A stretch of DNA of 64,000 nt from Chrysomallon squamiferum (GCA_012295275.1 CM022677.1:16988001-17052000); one strand, 5' to 3'; numbered from the stretch's first letter, positions 1-33,061 are shown. Translations and numbers: made by a program. The notes: generated by a model not told the origin, from the letters alone.

Positions 1-80
1 AAAGTTGAAGTGTTTCACATCAGGAAAAACGAGAGAAAAAAACCCACACAATAATAATAATAATAATAATAATAATAATT

Positions 81-142
<62 letters not shown>

Positions 143-159
143 TAATAAATAAATAATTA

Positions 160-190
<31 letters not shown>

Positions 191-325
191 TAATAAATAA
201 ATAAATCACTAAACATAATAATAATAGTGATGATAATAATGATGATAATAATAATAATAATAATTTAATAATAAATAAATAAATCACTAAAAATAATAAT
301 AATAATGATGATGATAATAATAATG

Positions 326-376
<51 letters not shown>

Positions 377-574
377 GTAATAATAATAATAAAATTAAAA
401 AAATAAAATAAAACAAACAAAATAACACAATCACCACAGCTCACAAACTGATTTCTAATTGTCTTGATTTTTAACAATTACTCCATCTCCAGTTCATTTC
501 TTACAAATCTTATCATATCAGTACAACTGCCATGTTACCCATCTCTGCCTCTATTTCTTATTAAACTAATGACC

Positions 575-1210
575 AGGGTTGTTCTAGCTTCATAATCATC
601 TTTTTGTATAGCGGGATATACCACAATGAACCGTTCTTCCGTTATTGAAGGTTTTTTTTCCTGTACCGAAAGTCCAGTTTTTCAAGGGATGTTCTAGCCA
701 TATCAGATATTCATATTGTTAGGTCTGTTAAATGAATTATGTCGGATGTATTAGTACTGAAGGTTTGTTCCAGTATTTGAGGGATGTTCAAGCATGTTTC
801 TGTTTTGAATACATATTAAAGTATTGCAGCGTTTGTCTGGTACTAAAGTGGTTTTCTAAGACATCTTCTAGTATTGAAGAGATGTTCTAGGATCCTAAAC
901 ATGTTCTAGTTTTAAAAGATGTTTCAGCATTTAACCGATGTTCTGTTAAAGAACATTTGTTGTGTTACCCTAAACATGTTTTATTACTGAATGGTCGTTT
1001 TAGTACTGAAACGTTATTCTATAACTGAAATGGTTTTTCTATAATTAACTGGATGTTCTTCCTGTACTGAATGGATGTTCTAGCACCCTAAACATGTTCT
1101 AGTATTGAAGGTATATATTTTCAAGAACTGAAAGGATGTTGTTCTATAACTAAAGGCATGCTCTACTACTGAATGGAAATTATAGAACTGAAGAGATTCT
1201 CAAACACTGA
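575..1210. repeat. Degenerate minisatellite, unit about 19-21 bp (consensus about TACTGAANGGATGTTCTAG)
   Basis: Recurring gatgttctag / tactgaa / aaacatgtt words at roughly 20-bp spacing. Confidence 0.7.
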
Positions 1211-2797
1211 CCGAGAAATCATTATAGCAAACACGACTTGTAGAGACAGAAATTATCATACTGCAGTTATTATGGGTATTTTATTTTTGGCTGAATTGGG
1301 TATGATTCATAGATAGTTCTTTTGCGACCATAAAATTATTAATCTACGGATAATGGTCTGCTATTATTGTTAGGACGTTGTCAAAAGCTGCATTAGTCAC
1401 TATCAGAATGATTCTTCTTGCTTCTTTTATCTTTACTTTTTTTCTTTACTTTTTTTTTCTTTTTCTATATCTCTTCACTCTATCTATACAGAACTCCTAT
1501 AGGACGACACGAACTTTAGCAGACACTTTATACGACACTTCAGAGAAATTTTTTTTCCCCCCTTTTTTGTATCTTCAGTATATGGCCATCTAGCATTTCA
1601 GAATGTCAGTAGCACTATACAGTCTATTCATTCAGTTTTTACTCGATTTTAAGATGCCACAGTTTCACTGCACAGTTATGTGAGTCATCGTTTTCGTTGT
1701 AATCACATTGGACTTATGTTATTTAACCAGTTGACGTAAGTTTTAAGTACCAAACTCACAACGGTGTGGATATCCCTCTGCCTCAGATATTGCATCTTTT
1801 CCAAGGCGAAAAAACAAACAAATAGAGGAACCCCAAAAACAAAAACAAATAGAGGAACCCAAAAAACAAAAACAAAAATTAGAAAAACTGGAAAAAAAAA
1901 ATAATTCCAAATATGCATTTTGTTCTATGATTTAAAATATTTAAATTTCCTAATTTTAAAAATTTCCGAATATGGAATATCGATTTATTTCCATAAACTC
2001 AAACGGTAAAAAAAAAAAAAAAAAAAGACGTAAAATGATATAGAAAGAATATAAAACTTTTCCTTTAACGATACATAAAATACATTTTAGTCTACTGTCT
2101 TTGTCCAAGACTAGACATTATTATCAAGTTTCTTACATATAAATATATCATGAAACCAGATACCATTACGCCATGAAATAACCTTCTGTTAGCAAATACA
2201 AAATTTCTTTATATTTATCTCCCCACTTAGGAAAGCTTATGCATAGCGAACCTCTGGCTTGAACAGTAAACAATGTGTTGGAGGCACTAAAGAGGATAGA
2301 AAGTTCATACGTCATCTTAACCTCCATTTAAAACTCGTCCTATATTTTGAAAAACAGAAATATATATATAACAATTACATCACTAAAGTAAGTACGTAAG
2401 TTAGTAAACAAAAATAAAATTAGTTCGTTAATACTATTCAGATGACCTAAAACATTAATAAATAGCCAGGTGTTAATTTATTATTACTACTTTTAACTTT
2501 TTGTTTCTCTTATTTATTTATTTTATTTTTTTTTTTTCTGCGACACAAAAGCTAAATATTGAATGAGACATGACTGACAAGCTGACCTAGTTCTGTCACT
2601 TCTGCTGCCAGTTGAACACGTGTTCAGAAATTAATCTGCGTGCACTCGTTTCCATGACAACTGATTCAATGACTTCCTCGTCATTTTCATTATCACGATG
2701 ATGATCATCATCGTTATCATCATCATCATCGTCGTCGTCGTCAACATTATGATAGTTTTATCACCTATCCGTTATAATCTTTATCAGCATCAGCTTT

Positions 2798-2871
<74 letters not shown>

Positions 2872-3142
2872 CACATCATAAATATCTTCATCATCTGCAT
2901 CATCATGACCATCATCATCATCATTATCGTTGTCACATAATTATTATCTTCGTTAACATCGTCATCACCATAATCATCATGACAGTCACGACCACCATCA
3001 TCAGCAACAATATTACGTAAATAACGGCTCTAATTAATTAACTAATTAATATTTCTATTTACTAAAGTTTTTTTTTTTTTTTTTTTTTCTATTTTTATTA
3101 TTATTATTATTTGTTGTACTCAGATTGAGGTCGCATATAATG

Positions 3143-3155
3143 TGACCTTTGACCT
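3143..3155 (-). promoter_or_regulatory. Perfect DR1 nuclear-receptor element (AGGTCA-A-AGGTCA)
   Basis: tgacctttgacct, 1.9 kb upstream of the first visible CYP exon; function untested. Confidence 0.5.
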
Positions 3156-4246
3156 CCGTTTCTAAATTAAAGCGCAGCAGACGATTGACAATCATCGTAG
3201 TTGTTTACGCAATGTGAACTCTTCTAACATTCCATTCGCATAGTTAATTTCCTCCTCGGGTTACTGGAGCATTTGAGTCGAACACGCTTACACCTCAGTT
3301 GTTTTAGTTCTGATGATGTCGATGATAATAAACTGATGACAGTTACGATGATCGTTTTGGTACTTGCAGATGACAATAATGATGATCATTTGGCTGATAA
3401 TTAAGACGTTAACGGTTCTGATGAATGATAATGTTCTTTATAACGTACGTTGCAATGGCTATAAAAGTGAATATTATTACTCAAACCTTTTTTGACAACT
3501 GAGTTATTAGGTTAATGCCATAAACGGAAATCTCTTAATAGGAATATGACCGATCATGCTCAGTGACTGAGTCACCGATGACACAGAGTCTAGATTGATT
3601 TAAATAATCATTATCTGCTATATATCATGTCTATTATGGCACATGAAAACGTAGTTTAATCGACGATTACGGCAGTGCTTTCTTACTGTAAAAATCACCG
3701 TCGTATACAGAACACATAAAGTATGGTACTCAGAGTCACAGAACCTCGGTGTCGAATAGAATCGTCCATTACGTCACTGTAAGGATTCGGTCTACGTCAT
3801 ATATGATAATCAGCATATTCCATTATGATAACCAACAGCCTACGTCACATATATGCATTATGATAATCGGCAGTTAAAAAAAAAATCCCATTTAAAATCA
3901 ATCCAGTTTTTATCATATAACCCATAATGATAATTTAAAAGCGGATAAAAAAAAAATTTTTAAAATCAATCATTTTTATTGATTGTTGTTGTTGTAGTTT
4001 TAAAATTTTATTAAAAAAAAAAAAAAAATATTATTGTTGTTGTTGTTGTTGTTGTTGTTAAAAAGTATAGGTTGAGAAAATTAAAATTTGGAATTACATA
4101 GAAAACAGAAAACTATTATTATTACATCATCAATTATTTTTATGCTTTATTATTATATTGTTGTCTTTGCTGTTGTTCGTAAGTAAAAATGTATATATAT
4201 AAAAATAAAGTTTATTATTAAAATTCAAAACAAAATATCTAAATTT

Positions 4247-4282
<36 letters not shown>

Positions 4283-5034
4283 TTATATATATATATCTCT
4301 GCTTTCATATATCTATATATGTAATAAACTGACATTGCTCAAGGTGAATTTTCGCCTGTAACCCATTTACGTGATCGCTATTACTCAATTCAATAACCAT
4401 TCATCTTACATATTTGATGTGCTCAAATAACTCAGATTATTTCCAGGGAAGGAGCTATTTAGATCTAGTTTTTTCACCAGGGCTTCTCTCTGTTGCGTGA
4501 ATGTGACCTACGTTTTCTAAGCAACTGCAACTTCTTTTCACACCAGAAATACGTGCAGATTTCTTCTTGTGTTATCAATGTCTCCTTCATCCAAAGATTT
4601 CCAGTTAATTTGATTTAAAATTTCAAAGAGCTGAAAGGATACACATACATGTGTACACATAAAAATGCATGTATATTTTTATGAAACCACATATATGCAT
4701 GTTCTAAAATATATAAATATGCATAAACATACGTACGTACATAGGTACCGACATGTACATACATAAAAGCACAGACACACACACACACACATTCATATAC
4801 ATACATACAAAAACACCCACAAACACATATATGCATTCATATACATACATACGCATATTCATTCATATAAACACACCAAAAATAACAACATACTAAAATA
4901 TACTTACTATTAAGATTATTCCTTCTACTACGCTACCAGCAATAGCACAATTGCTACCACTACCACTACCACAACTACTACTACTCTTACTAACGCTATG
5001 GAAGTACAACTATTATTTTTTATTACTCTTGCAG

Positions 5035-18557
<13,523 letters not shown>

Positions 18558-18739
18558 AGAACACGATTCTAAGAATTGAAAACAGTGAAAAACTACAGTT
18601 ACCAAGAACAAAACATATCAGTTTGACTCAAATTGTGAACTCCTATTTATTCAGTTTGTATATTTGTTTTCTTATACCGATATTTTTCAGTGTGCATTAA
18701 TTTATTTATTTTCGTTAATTAATTATTTATTATTTTGGG

Positions 18740-18928
<189 letters not shown>

Positions 18929-18969
18929 ATATATATATAAGAAAGAAAGTCTTTGTTTAAATCGTTTCC

Positions 18970-19011
<42 letters not shown>

Positions 19012-19079
19012 ATTACTGCTATTATTATTATCATTATAATTATTATTATTATTATTATTGTTGTTGTTATTTTTTTTTT

Positions 19080-19119
<40 letters not shown>

Positions 19120-19167
19120 TTATTATTACTATTATCATTATCATTATCACTACAATCATCATCATCA

Positions 19168-19200
<33 letters not shown>

Positions 19201-19295
19201 TACGATTCTAATCGGAGAACATGAATTTAATGAATCTCAGATTTATTTAAAAAAGTATTTAACAAAATCGTCTCAGATGTAAGATGTACAGACAC

Positions 19296-19301
19296 AATAA
19301 A
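19296..19301 (+). terminator. Candidate polyadenylation signal of the CYP gene
   Basis: AATAAA about 740 nt after the stop, followed by GT/T-rich gtgtttttgtct at 19321; weak evidence in AT-rich DNA. Confidence 0.35.
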
Positions 19302-19547
19302 CATAGTAAATATATTTTACGTGTTTTTGTCTTAGCTTTAGATTTATCCCTGATTTATTTCTGTTTCTCTAAGCAGTCTTTTTGTCTCGATGTTTGTGTG
19401 TGTGTCTGTACATGTGTCTGTGAGTGTGTGTGCAATATGGCAATGATACACGATAACATATAAATGTATAGACAACAACACAAATCAAACTCTCAATCCC
19501 TCTCTGACGAAATCTTTTTCTCTCTCTCTAATTTAAAACACACACAA

Positions 19548-22950
<3,403 letters not shown>

Positions 22951-23286
22951 GTTCATCTCTTCTATTTTTTTTTCTTCTCTCTCTCTATCTATCACCCTTT
23001 CACTCTTTCTCTCTCTCTTCATATTATTTTTTTTATTTTATTTTTTTTTTATCTCGCACACAGATTTCTGTAACCTTTTAAAGACACTTAACCGAATTTT
23101 TTACTGGGGTTTTTCCTTGCCTCTCAATTCATGTCAAGGTGATACAATAAAAATACTAGCAGACATCCCCGAGTGAATGTCGTGCACGCAATAAAACCGC
23201 AGAGAGAGAATTAATAAAATGCATTATATCGATCACGCCTGCAGCGGTACAGCTGTGTGTGCGTACGTGCGTACATGCACGAGTAG

Positions 23287-23366
<80 letters not shown>

Positions 23367-23448
23367 TTGTAGGTTTTTATAAGATTGTATAACCCAACTA
23401 TTGTTCTTATTTTCGAATAATAGTAGCGCTAGTATTATTTTTATATAA

Positions 23449-23524
<76 letters not shown>

Positions 23525-24109
23525 GAACTGATACAAAAACTGTGCAGGCAAACAGATAAAGCAGACACACACACACACACACGCACGCACCCACATTCCT
23601 ATTGTCGTTACACAGGCTAATCCATTCATGCATGCCATCTGTGTGCGTTACGACAAAAAAAATAACAAAAAAAAACATGAACTTAAATTTTGCGGCTGAG
23701 TGATTTTAATTGAGAAAAGAAGAAAAATATGGCTTTTTTTTTTCCCCCCTTATACACAAGGTAATTAATTCTTTCTTTCTTTTTTTTTTTTTTTTTTTTT
23801 TTTAATTTATTTTCAAATGCAACGTGTCTTGTTTGAAAGTCAAGGTCAAGTTTCTTTTTGAGAAATCTTCTGACGAAGAAGGTTGAAAAGAGCTCTGCGC
23901 GGTTTCGTGAAATAAAACACAAAAAAAAAAAAAAAAAAAAAAAAGGAAAAAGGAATGAAATAAAATAAAACGAAAAAGAAATTGAAGAAAGAAAGAACAA
24001 GAAAGGTTTCCAAGTGCATTAACAAAAATGGTATCATTCTCTGTAATGTAGGTCAGAACACCACGTGGGTTATGGCCTTCATGCACTTTATAAAAAGTGT
24101 TTAATGCAA

Positions 24110-24143
<34 letters not shown>

Positions 24144-24300
24144 CTTTTTCTTTCTTCGGAATGATATAGAATACGTGGTTAAGCGATTCAGTGAGAAAAA
24201 AAAAAAAAACCTGTCTTGAATTGAGATCATGAAATGTTTGCAGTACACTGTTAATGGAAAATATAATATAATGTAATAAAATATAATTTAATGTAATATA

Positions 24301-24333
<33 letters not shown>

Positions 24334-24556
24334 TACATTACATTGTATTATATTATATTATATTATATAACATTATATTATATTATATTTTCCATTAATG
24401 TAATATAATATAATATAATACAATGTAATGTAATATAATCTAATGTAATGCAGTGTAACATAAAATCATGAAACGCAATGCACTGAAATGAAATGTAATA
24501 TGAGAAAGAGAAAAATAAATAAATTAAATAACACGATTAGTAATATATTGCTACAT

Positions 24557-24590
<34 letters not shown>

Positions 24591-24640
24591 CACTATTACT
24601 ACCACTACTAGTAATATACTGCTACATCTGACACTCCTAT

Positions 24641-24676
<36 letters not shown>

Positions 24677-27102
24677 CTACTACTGTTACTGCAATAACAA
24701 ATACTACTATTACAACAACTACTACTACAACTACTGCTATTGCTTTTACAAATACAACTGTTACAGCAACAACAACAACAACAACTACTACTACTACTAC
24801 TACTATAAACACTAAAAAGTCTAGTACAACCTTGAAAATTGTTTTCCTTCTATACGATAAGTAAATACATTTGTAAGTACAGGCAGTTCACCACTTTTAG
24901 TCACACCAAGCTGTAAATAACACTAACTGTGTACACCTCTACAGCCCAAAGCAGGCTATTAATAGTAACACGCACTCTAACGTGACCTTACCAACAATAC
25001 CAACATATACTAGATAAGCGATGATCGCAGTCTCAGGGTTCCAGCTCCATTCAGATATTCTATCGATAAGGTCTCGGTTATCGTTTGTTTGCGACAAGCA
25101 AAGCGTAGCCCACTTATAAGAGGTCGTTGTTTAGTAAGTATTCCGTGTACAAATGTTTGCAGGTGTCTGTTGGTGGTAATGTGTGTGTATCCGTGTCGTA
25201 TATAAAAAAAAAAAAAAAAAAAATTAAGAATCAAAGATGAAGGGCCGGTTTTATTTCTAGGTTATGTATCGCAGGAATTAATAATAATAATAACATTTCC
25301 CAGATGGTGTTAAATGTTTTGCAGTTTAACAGAGAACAGTCTGTAAATGAATGAATGAATGAATGAATGAATGAATGAATGAATAAATAAATAAATAAAT
25401 AAAGGGATGATATTCATAATAATGATGATGATAACAGTAATAAAGATGATAATGGATTTAAGAAAAGGAAAATTATCTTCCTTCCGTTACGATTCCAGAT
25501 TATCCCGAATATTTTCCGGATAAATAAATAAATAAATAAATAAATAGCTATTACTAAATTCATCTGCTACCGGCATCACCACGTCACCATCACCACCACC
25601 ACCACCACTACTATTGCTACTACTACAACTACTACTCTACTACAATTACTACTTTACTATTACAACGACTATTACTACTACTATTGCTATTGCTACTACT
25701 ACAGCTACTACTCTGGTACTAGTACTACAACGACTACTACTACAACTACAACTACTACTCTACTACTTCTACTACTACAAGTTCAATATTGTTATTACAG
25801 TCATTACAATTACGTCGCAGTTTTATTATTATCTTTATCATTATCATCATCATCATCATTCTCATCATTATTATTATTATCATCATCACTGTTATCGTCG
25901 TCATTATTATTATTAGTATTATTGTTATCATCATCATCATCATCATCATAGTCGTTACTTCTAGTGCAACAACTACGATTACTACTATTACTTCTGTGGC
26001 TATTATTATTATCATCATCATTATCATTATTGCTTTTGTTGCTGCTTTGGGTTTTGTTGTTATTGTTGCCGCAGTTGGTGCTGTGTTATTGTCAGTGTCG
26101 GTGCTGTTGTTCTAATCATTCTGAAACACAGTAGAAATATGTGAAAGGTGAAAGGTGACGTATATAACCTAATTAAACACTTCTGTCTAGACAAATGTAG
26201 TTCAGACTGGTTGAGTGCATTGAGGTCAGCTTAGGATAAGTGCATTCGTTTTTAAAAATTAATCATTTTGAGTTCACGTTTCTGTTCTTTTTCTTTAATT
26301 ATTTTATCTCCTTTGTTTATTTATTATTATTTTGTTTTCATATTATTATTATTATTATTATTTTTTATTATTATTATTATTATTATTTTTTTTTTTTTTA
26401 CCTTCCTAGTCATTATTATAATCAGTATTTTCTTCGTCTGAATTTGTCATCTTCAAATAATCATTATCTTAATCATTTCATTATTTTTCTTCCTTTATTT
26501 ATTTATTTATTTATTTGTTTGTTTGTTTATTTATTGGTTTATTTACTTTTGTTTTTATTATGTTCTTTTTCGTATTAATTTCATTATCATCATGACATAG
26601 TGATCATCATCATCATCATCATCATGTTCTTCTTTTTCTTCACTTTATTATCATTAGCAGCTACATCGTTTCTTTTTTCTTTTCACCTTTCTTCATCATA
26701 ATCATCATCAACTTGTTATGCTTGATCATCATCTTGTTGTTTCTTCCACAATCATCATCACCACGCAATTATATTTTTTAATCATCATAACCATCATCAT
26801 CATCATCATCAGTATCATTATCATCATCTCATCATCATGGTCATATGATATTTAAAAACACGTACGCACACACACACACACATACAGAGGTGAAGCCAAC
26901 CTTGAACATAATTTGAAAAGGATTTCTGAAGAAAAATAGGGTTAAGCACCTCTGATCTTGACAATAAGTAATATCTATACATATCTTGAGTATGTGATAA
27001 ATACACTATTAATAGTAAACTGTTTCTAATTTTAATTCAAGAGTCCGTAATAACTGATAACCTGGTATTTATGATATGTTACAACTAGTACAGATAAACT
27101 GG

Positions 27103-27147
<45 letters not shown>

Positions 27148-27461
27148 TTCTCTCCCTCTCTCTCTCTCACTCTCTCTCTCTGAGAGAGAGAGATAGAGAG
27201 ATATAGAGAGAGAGAGAGAGTACATACTTATGTTTGTTGTATAAAAAAAAAAAAAACGTGACTCGAATCTTAATCCAAATGTAATATTACCATGACCACC
27301 ATCATCATCATCATCATCATTATTCTCATACTCAGCTTCATGTTGCAAAAGTCATCAGAACAAGGCTAATCATCATCATGATAGCAATGACATCATCAAC
27401 ATCATTCATTACAGCCATTTTTGCATCATCATTTTCAATTCTTGTTGTTTTTCTTCTTTTT

Positions 27462-27492
<31 letters not shown>

Positions 27493-27588
27493 TTATTATT
27501 ATTATTGTTATTATTATTATTGTTATTATTATTATTTTAATTGTTATTGTTTTGTTCTCGTTGTTGTTACTTGTCTTCTTCTTCTTCT

Positions 27589-27672
<84 letters not shown>

Positions 27673-27887
27673 GTTACTACTACTACTACTACGGTAGCTA
27701 TACCATCTAGCTTACCTGTTTTTCACTTGTGAACTTTGCTGAATACAATTATGATGCAATATCGAAAAACAGATTTGACGTATGAGTCTAAAACATCTAC
27801 CATCAGCTTGAATCATACTGAAAACCGTGAAGTACATCGGCTATTTACTTCAAACTCATTACAATGCTTTATTTCACTGCTGTTGTT

Positions 27888-27941
<54 letters not shown>

Positions 27942-27971
27942 GTTGTTGTTGTTGTTGTTGTTGTTATTGTA

Positions 27972-28007
<36 letters not shown>

Positions 28008-28053
28008 GTAATTATAATTATTATTATTATTATTATTGTTATTATTATTATTA

Positions 28054-28119
<66 letters not shown>

Positions 28120-28532
28120 TTTAATCATCATCGTCATCATCAACAATTATAAATAATAATAAAGACAGCGATGGACACGCGTACAAACACACATACGCAC
28201 ACAGACACGTACGCACGCAGACAACCTTCCCTTGTAAACAAAAATAAATATTCAACATTCTTTAACATCGTCAATTTTTAAAACTCGTTTTGCACAATGC
28301 AACCAGTTAATGCAATACCTAATGTGCATTTATTTTTTTTATTTTTTTTTTTCTCCAGGTGACTTGCGTCGGGTAATTTAACAACGATAAACAACCCGAG
28401 TTTGACTGTCAACAAGATAATAAAAACGCATATTTTTACAATCTCTCATATTTTTTTTTTTTTATTCGTATCTAAATAACAGGTCAATGGCCGTTTCATG
28501 TTTATTTAACTTTTCATTATTGTTATTATTAC

Positions 28533-28565
<33 letters not shown>

Positions 28566-28793
28566 TATTATTAATATTATTTCTTTTTTTTTTTAATTTG
28601 TAATTTTTTTATTTTTTTTAATAATTTAATTTACTTTATATATACATTTTAATTTAACACTAAAAATATCAAGAAAAATGCCGCGAGTAAAATGTAAAAG
28701 GTGGAACAGAAGACATACGTTATTTTTGAATACTTATTTACGCAAATAAACGTTAATGAAATCCTACAGTTGTTAATGTATATGTGCGCACAG

Positions 28794-28858
<65 letters not shown>

Positions 28859-29254
28859 ACACATACACATACTTACATATATAAATTTTACAAATTATTT
28901 TGTTATCTACGTATCTTTCTACCTCTTTCTTTATTTGTCTGTGGGTCTGTTTCTCCGTCTATCTGTCTATCTAGCTGGCTGCCTATCAATCTGTCTGTGT
29001 GTGTATCTGTCTGTCTGTCTCTCTATCTATCTATCTATTTATCTATCCGTGTGTCTGCCTGTCTATCTATCTAATCTATATGTACGGGTATCTAATCTTT
29101 CTGTCTGTCTAGCTGTTAGTTGTCATCTATCTGTTCATCCGCCAATCCATCTATCTGTCTAAATAATCTGTCTGTCTTTCAGTCTGTATGTTTACTTCTT
29201 CTTATTCGTCTCTCCGTCTGTCCGAGTAGCAGTAAGTCAGTCCTGGTAAATCTA

Positions 29255-29311
29255 CTGTCTGTACAATCTGTCTGTACAATCTGTCTGTACAATCTGTCTG
29301 TACAATCTGTC
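29255..29311. repeat. 13-bp tandem repeat (CTGTCTGTACAAT) x4
   Basis: Directly visible perfect copies. Confidence 0.9.
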
Positions 29312-29386
29312 AACACTGGATAAAACTCGTAACTGAAACGAACACTGAATACTAATACTGATTTTGTATTTCACAAAAAAATAAAT

Positions 29387-29475
<89 letters not shown>

Positions 29476-29591
29476 CTCTATCTATATATCTCTTTCTCTC
29501 TTCTATCTATCTATCTATATCTCTGTCACTTTCTCTATCTATCTTTCTCCCTCTCTCTTTCTTTCTCTCTCTCTTTATCTCTCTCTCTGTC

Positions 29592-29687
<96 letters not shown>

Positions 29688-29749
29688 ACTTTCTCTATCT
29701 ATCTATCTTCTCCCCTCTCTTTCTTTCTCTCTCTTTTCTCTCTCTCTGT

Positions 29750-29868
<119 letters not shown>

Positions 29869-29979
29869 CTGTCACTTTCTCTATCTATCTATCTTACTCC
29901 CTCTCTCTTTCTTTCTCTCTCTCTTTATCTCCTTCTCTCCCTCACTCTCTCTCTCTCTGCATATATATATATATATAGC

Positions 29980-30059
<80 letters not shown>

Positions 30060-30458
30060 TGCTATCAAATCATTAGTGATAATTTATTAATATATTTGTT
30101 ATTTCCTAAGGTTTGGTTACTTTCGGGCGCACCCAGTTGTCATTATGACTTTGATTAATTTTTTTTTTATGTAACTCTAACAGTTAATTTGAGAAATAAA
30201 ATACTGGAGAGGAAATTAATTTGCTTTGATCTCTTAAGTTCAATGTTCTTGGGATTATAGACTTCATAATATATTATCACACACATACTAAAACACACAC
30301 AGACATATATAAAAAAAAATACAGAAATACATACGTTTTATACACACACACACACACACACATACACACATACACACACATATACATACATACAGACATA
30401 CATATTTATATAATTTGTTTTTAATAAAAACACCCTAAAGAATAAAAATAAAGAAAAG

Positions 30459-30496
<38 letters not shown>

Positions 30497-31136
30497 AAAT
30501 TTAAAATTTAAAGAATTCCATACAAAATGAAAATAAACAGATAAACAAAATACAGACGATAAACAGCAGAAATAAAAAGATAAAAAAATAAAAAATACAA
30601 AGTTGATAATTTAAACTTTTTTTTAAATTTTTAGATTTTACTTTTTGACCTTTTTTTTTTTATATATATTTTTCCTTGGGTTCAGTGAACTGTTATTAAT
30701 TTAAATATGCACTTTAAAATCATTTGTACTTTTAAGTCGTCGGAAATGAGTCATGCAGGTGTTAACTAGGATATTTACCTCTTCACCTGTTATCCGTTTT
30801 ACCTAAACACGTGATGACGTATGCTAACATAAAGAGATACATATACACACTTACATACATACATAAAAATATACAGTGTATGTATATATATATATATATA
30901 TATATTTATGTATGTGAGTTTGTGTTAATATATATATATGTGTGTGTGTGTGTTTATGTGTGTGTGTGTTTGTGTGTGTGCGTGTGTGTGTCAGTGCGTG
31001 TGTGTATGTATAGATAGATAAATAGGTACATACATATAGATAAAATGACGCAATAGTACATGAGATTTCAAAGCACATATTTAAATGTACAACAAACATT
31101 ACCTTTAGATAATTAAAGGAAAAAATATTACACACT

Positions 31137-31187
<51 letters not shown>

Positions 31188-31217
31188 CCACACACAAACA
31201 CACACACACACACACAC

Positions 31218-31261
<44 letters not shown>

Positions 31262-31564
31262 TAGTAGTAGTAGTAGTAATAATAATAATAATAATAATAA
31301 TAATGATAATAATAATAATAATAACTGAAATTTGGTCAGAACTTTCCATTATTATCAGTGTTGAGTTAGCTAATCTCTGTAACAAAGATTGAAGATGACA
31401 CTCGGGTAAGACTTTAATACATGAATGAAAATAAGCAAATACCAGATGCGATCCGAAGCGTTACATTACTCTTAGGCACTGGAGCATAGCTCTAAATAAA
31501 AATGAAAAAAAATAATAATAATAATAAAAAAAAATAATAATAATAATAATTAATAAATGAATAA

Positions 31565-31611
<47 letters not shown>

Positions 31612-31843
31612 AAAATTAAATAAAAATAAAATAAAAATAAAACAAAATCAAATAAAATAAAAATAAAAATAAAACAAAATCAAATAAAAGAAAAGAAAAG
31701 AAGGCCACACGATCTTAGTATTTATGTTTGATGAGAAGATTCTGAACCTCGCAGTTTATCTCACAGTAGTTTGACCCTGCACCACACCACTGTCCTTGCC
31801 TGATAAGATAAAGTTAATTCGTTACGACTTGAATCAGTTCTAA

Positions 31844-32065
<222 letters not shown>

Positions 32066-32120
32066 ATCTCTTTCTTCATCTCTTTCTGTCTTTGTCTCTC
32101 TCTCTCTTTCTCTGTTTCTG

Positions 32121-32194
<74 letters not shown>

Positions 32195-32305
32195 AGTCTC
32201 TCTTTCTCTCTCTCTCTATCTATCTATCTATCTCTCTGTATATATATACATATACAGACACGCACATATATATACATATACAGACACGCACATATATATA
32301 CATAT

Positions 32306-32373
<68 letters not shown>

Positions 32374-33061
32374 CTCATAAACGTATACACACTGAAATGG
32401 AAGAAAAGATTGATTTAACATACAAACGAAAGCTTAGAGAGTCTAATATCACGTTTTCTATATTTAAAGAGCCAGCTAAAAGGATACAGATATACACTTA
32501 GTACAACATATTAAATACAACTATTAAATACAACATCTGCATTTAAGGCATATATCTAAACAGGGACACAATGCAACTATGAGTCAGTCTTTATTATTTC
32601 ATTTATTCGTAAAGCTGCAAAGTTTACTGCTGCTTCTTAACGTGATGTGTCATAAGATCGCAACTTTACATAAAGAGAAATAATGAAAAGTTGGATCAAA
32701 GGTGGAACTGTCAGGGGAGACTACTCTTTCTAGACGTAAAGTCACGCTCTAAGTTTCCAGAGTTGTCTCTCCTCATTGATCATCGACAATGAAAGCTGCT
32801 ACAAAACGGCATATCAGACTGAGGGTGTGTTTTGTGTTTCTATGTACGTACGTATGTATGTATGTATGTATGTATGTATCTATGCATGCATGCATGCATG
32901 CATGTATGTATGTATGTATGTATGATGATACTGAAACGCTATATTTACTGACATCTATTTTTAACTGATTATAAGTATTATTTGTTCCTAATTTAGTTTT
33001 ATTACTATTTTATTTTAAATTCTAATTTCACATCATAGCATCAATACTACTACTACTACTA

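Noticed and set aside
4142-4182. Candidate CYP exon 1 (MLYYYIVVFAVVRK)
   Set aside because: It needs the weak gtaaaa donor, while the strong gtaagt donor next to it gives the wrong phase. The hydrophobicity comes from simple-repeat sequence. Exon 1 is left unassigned.
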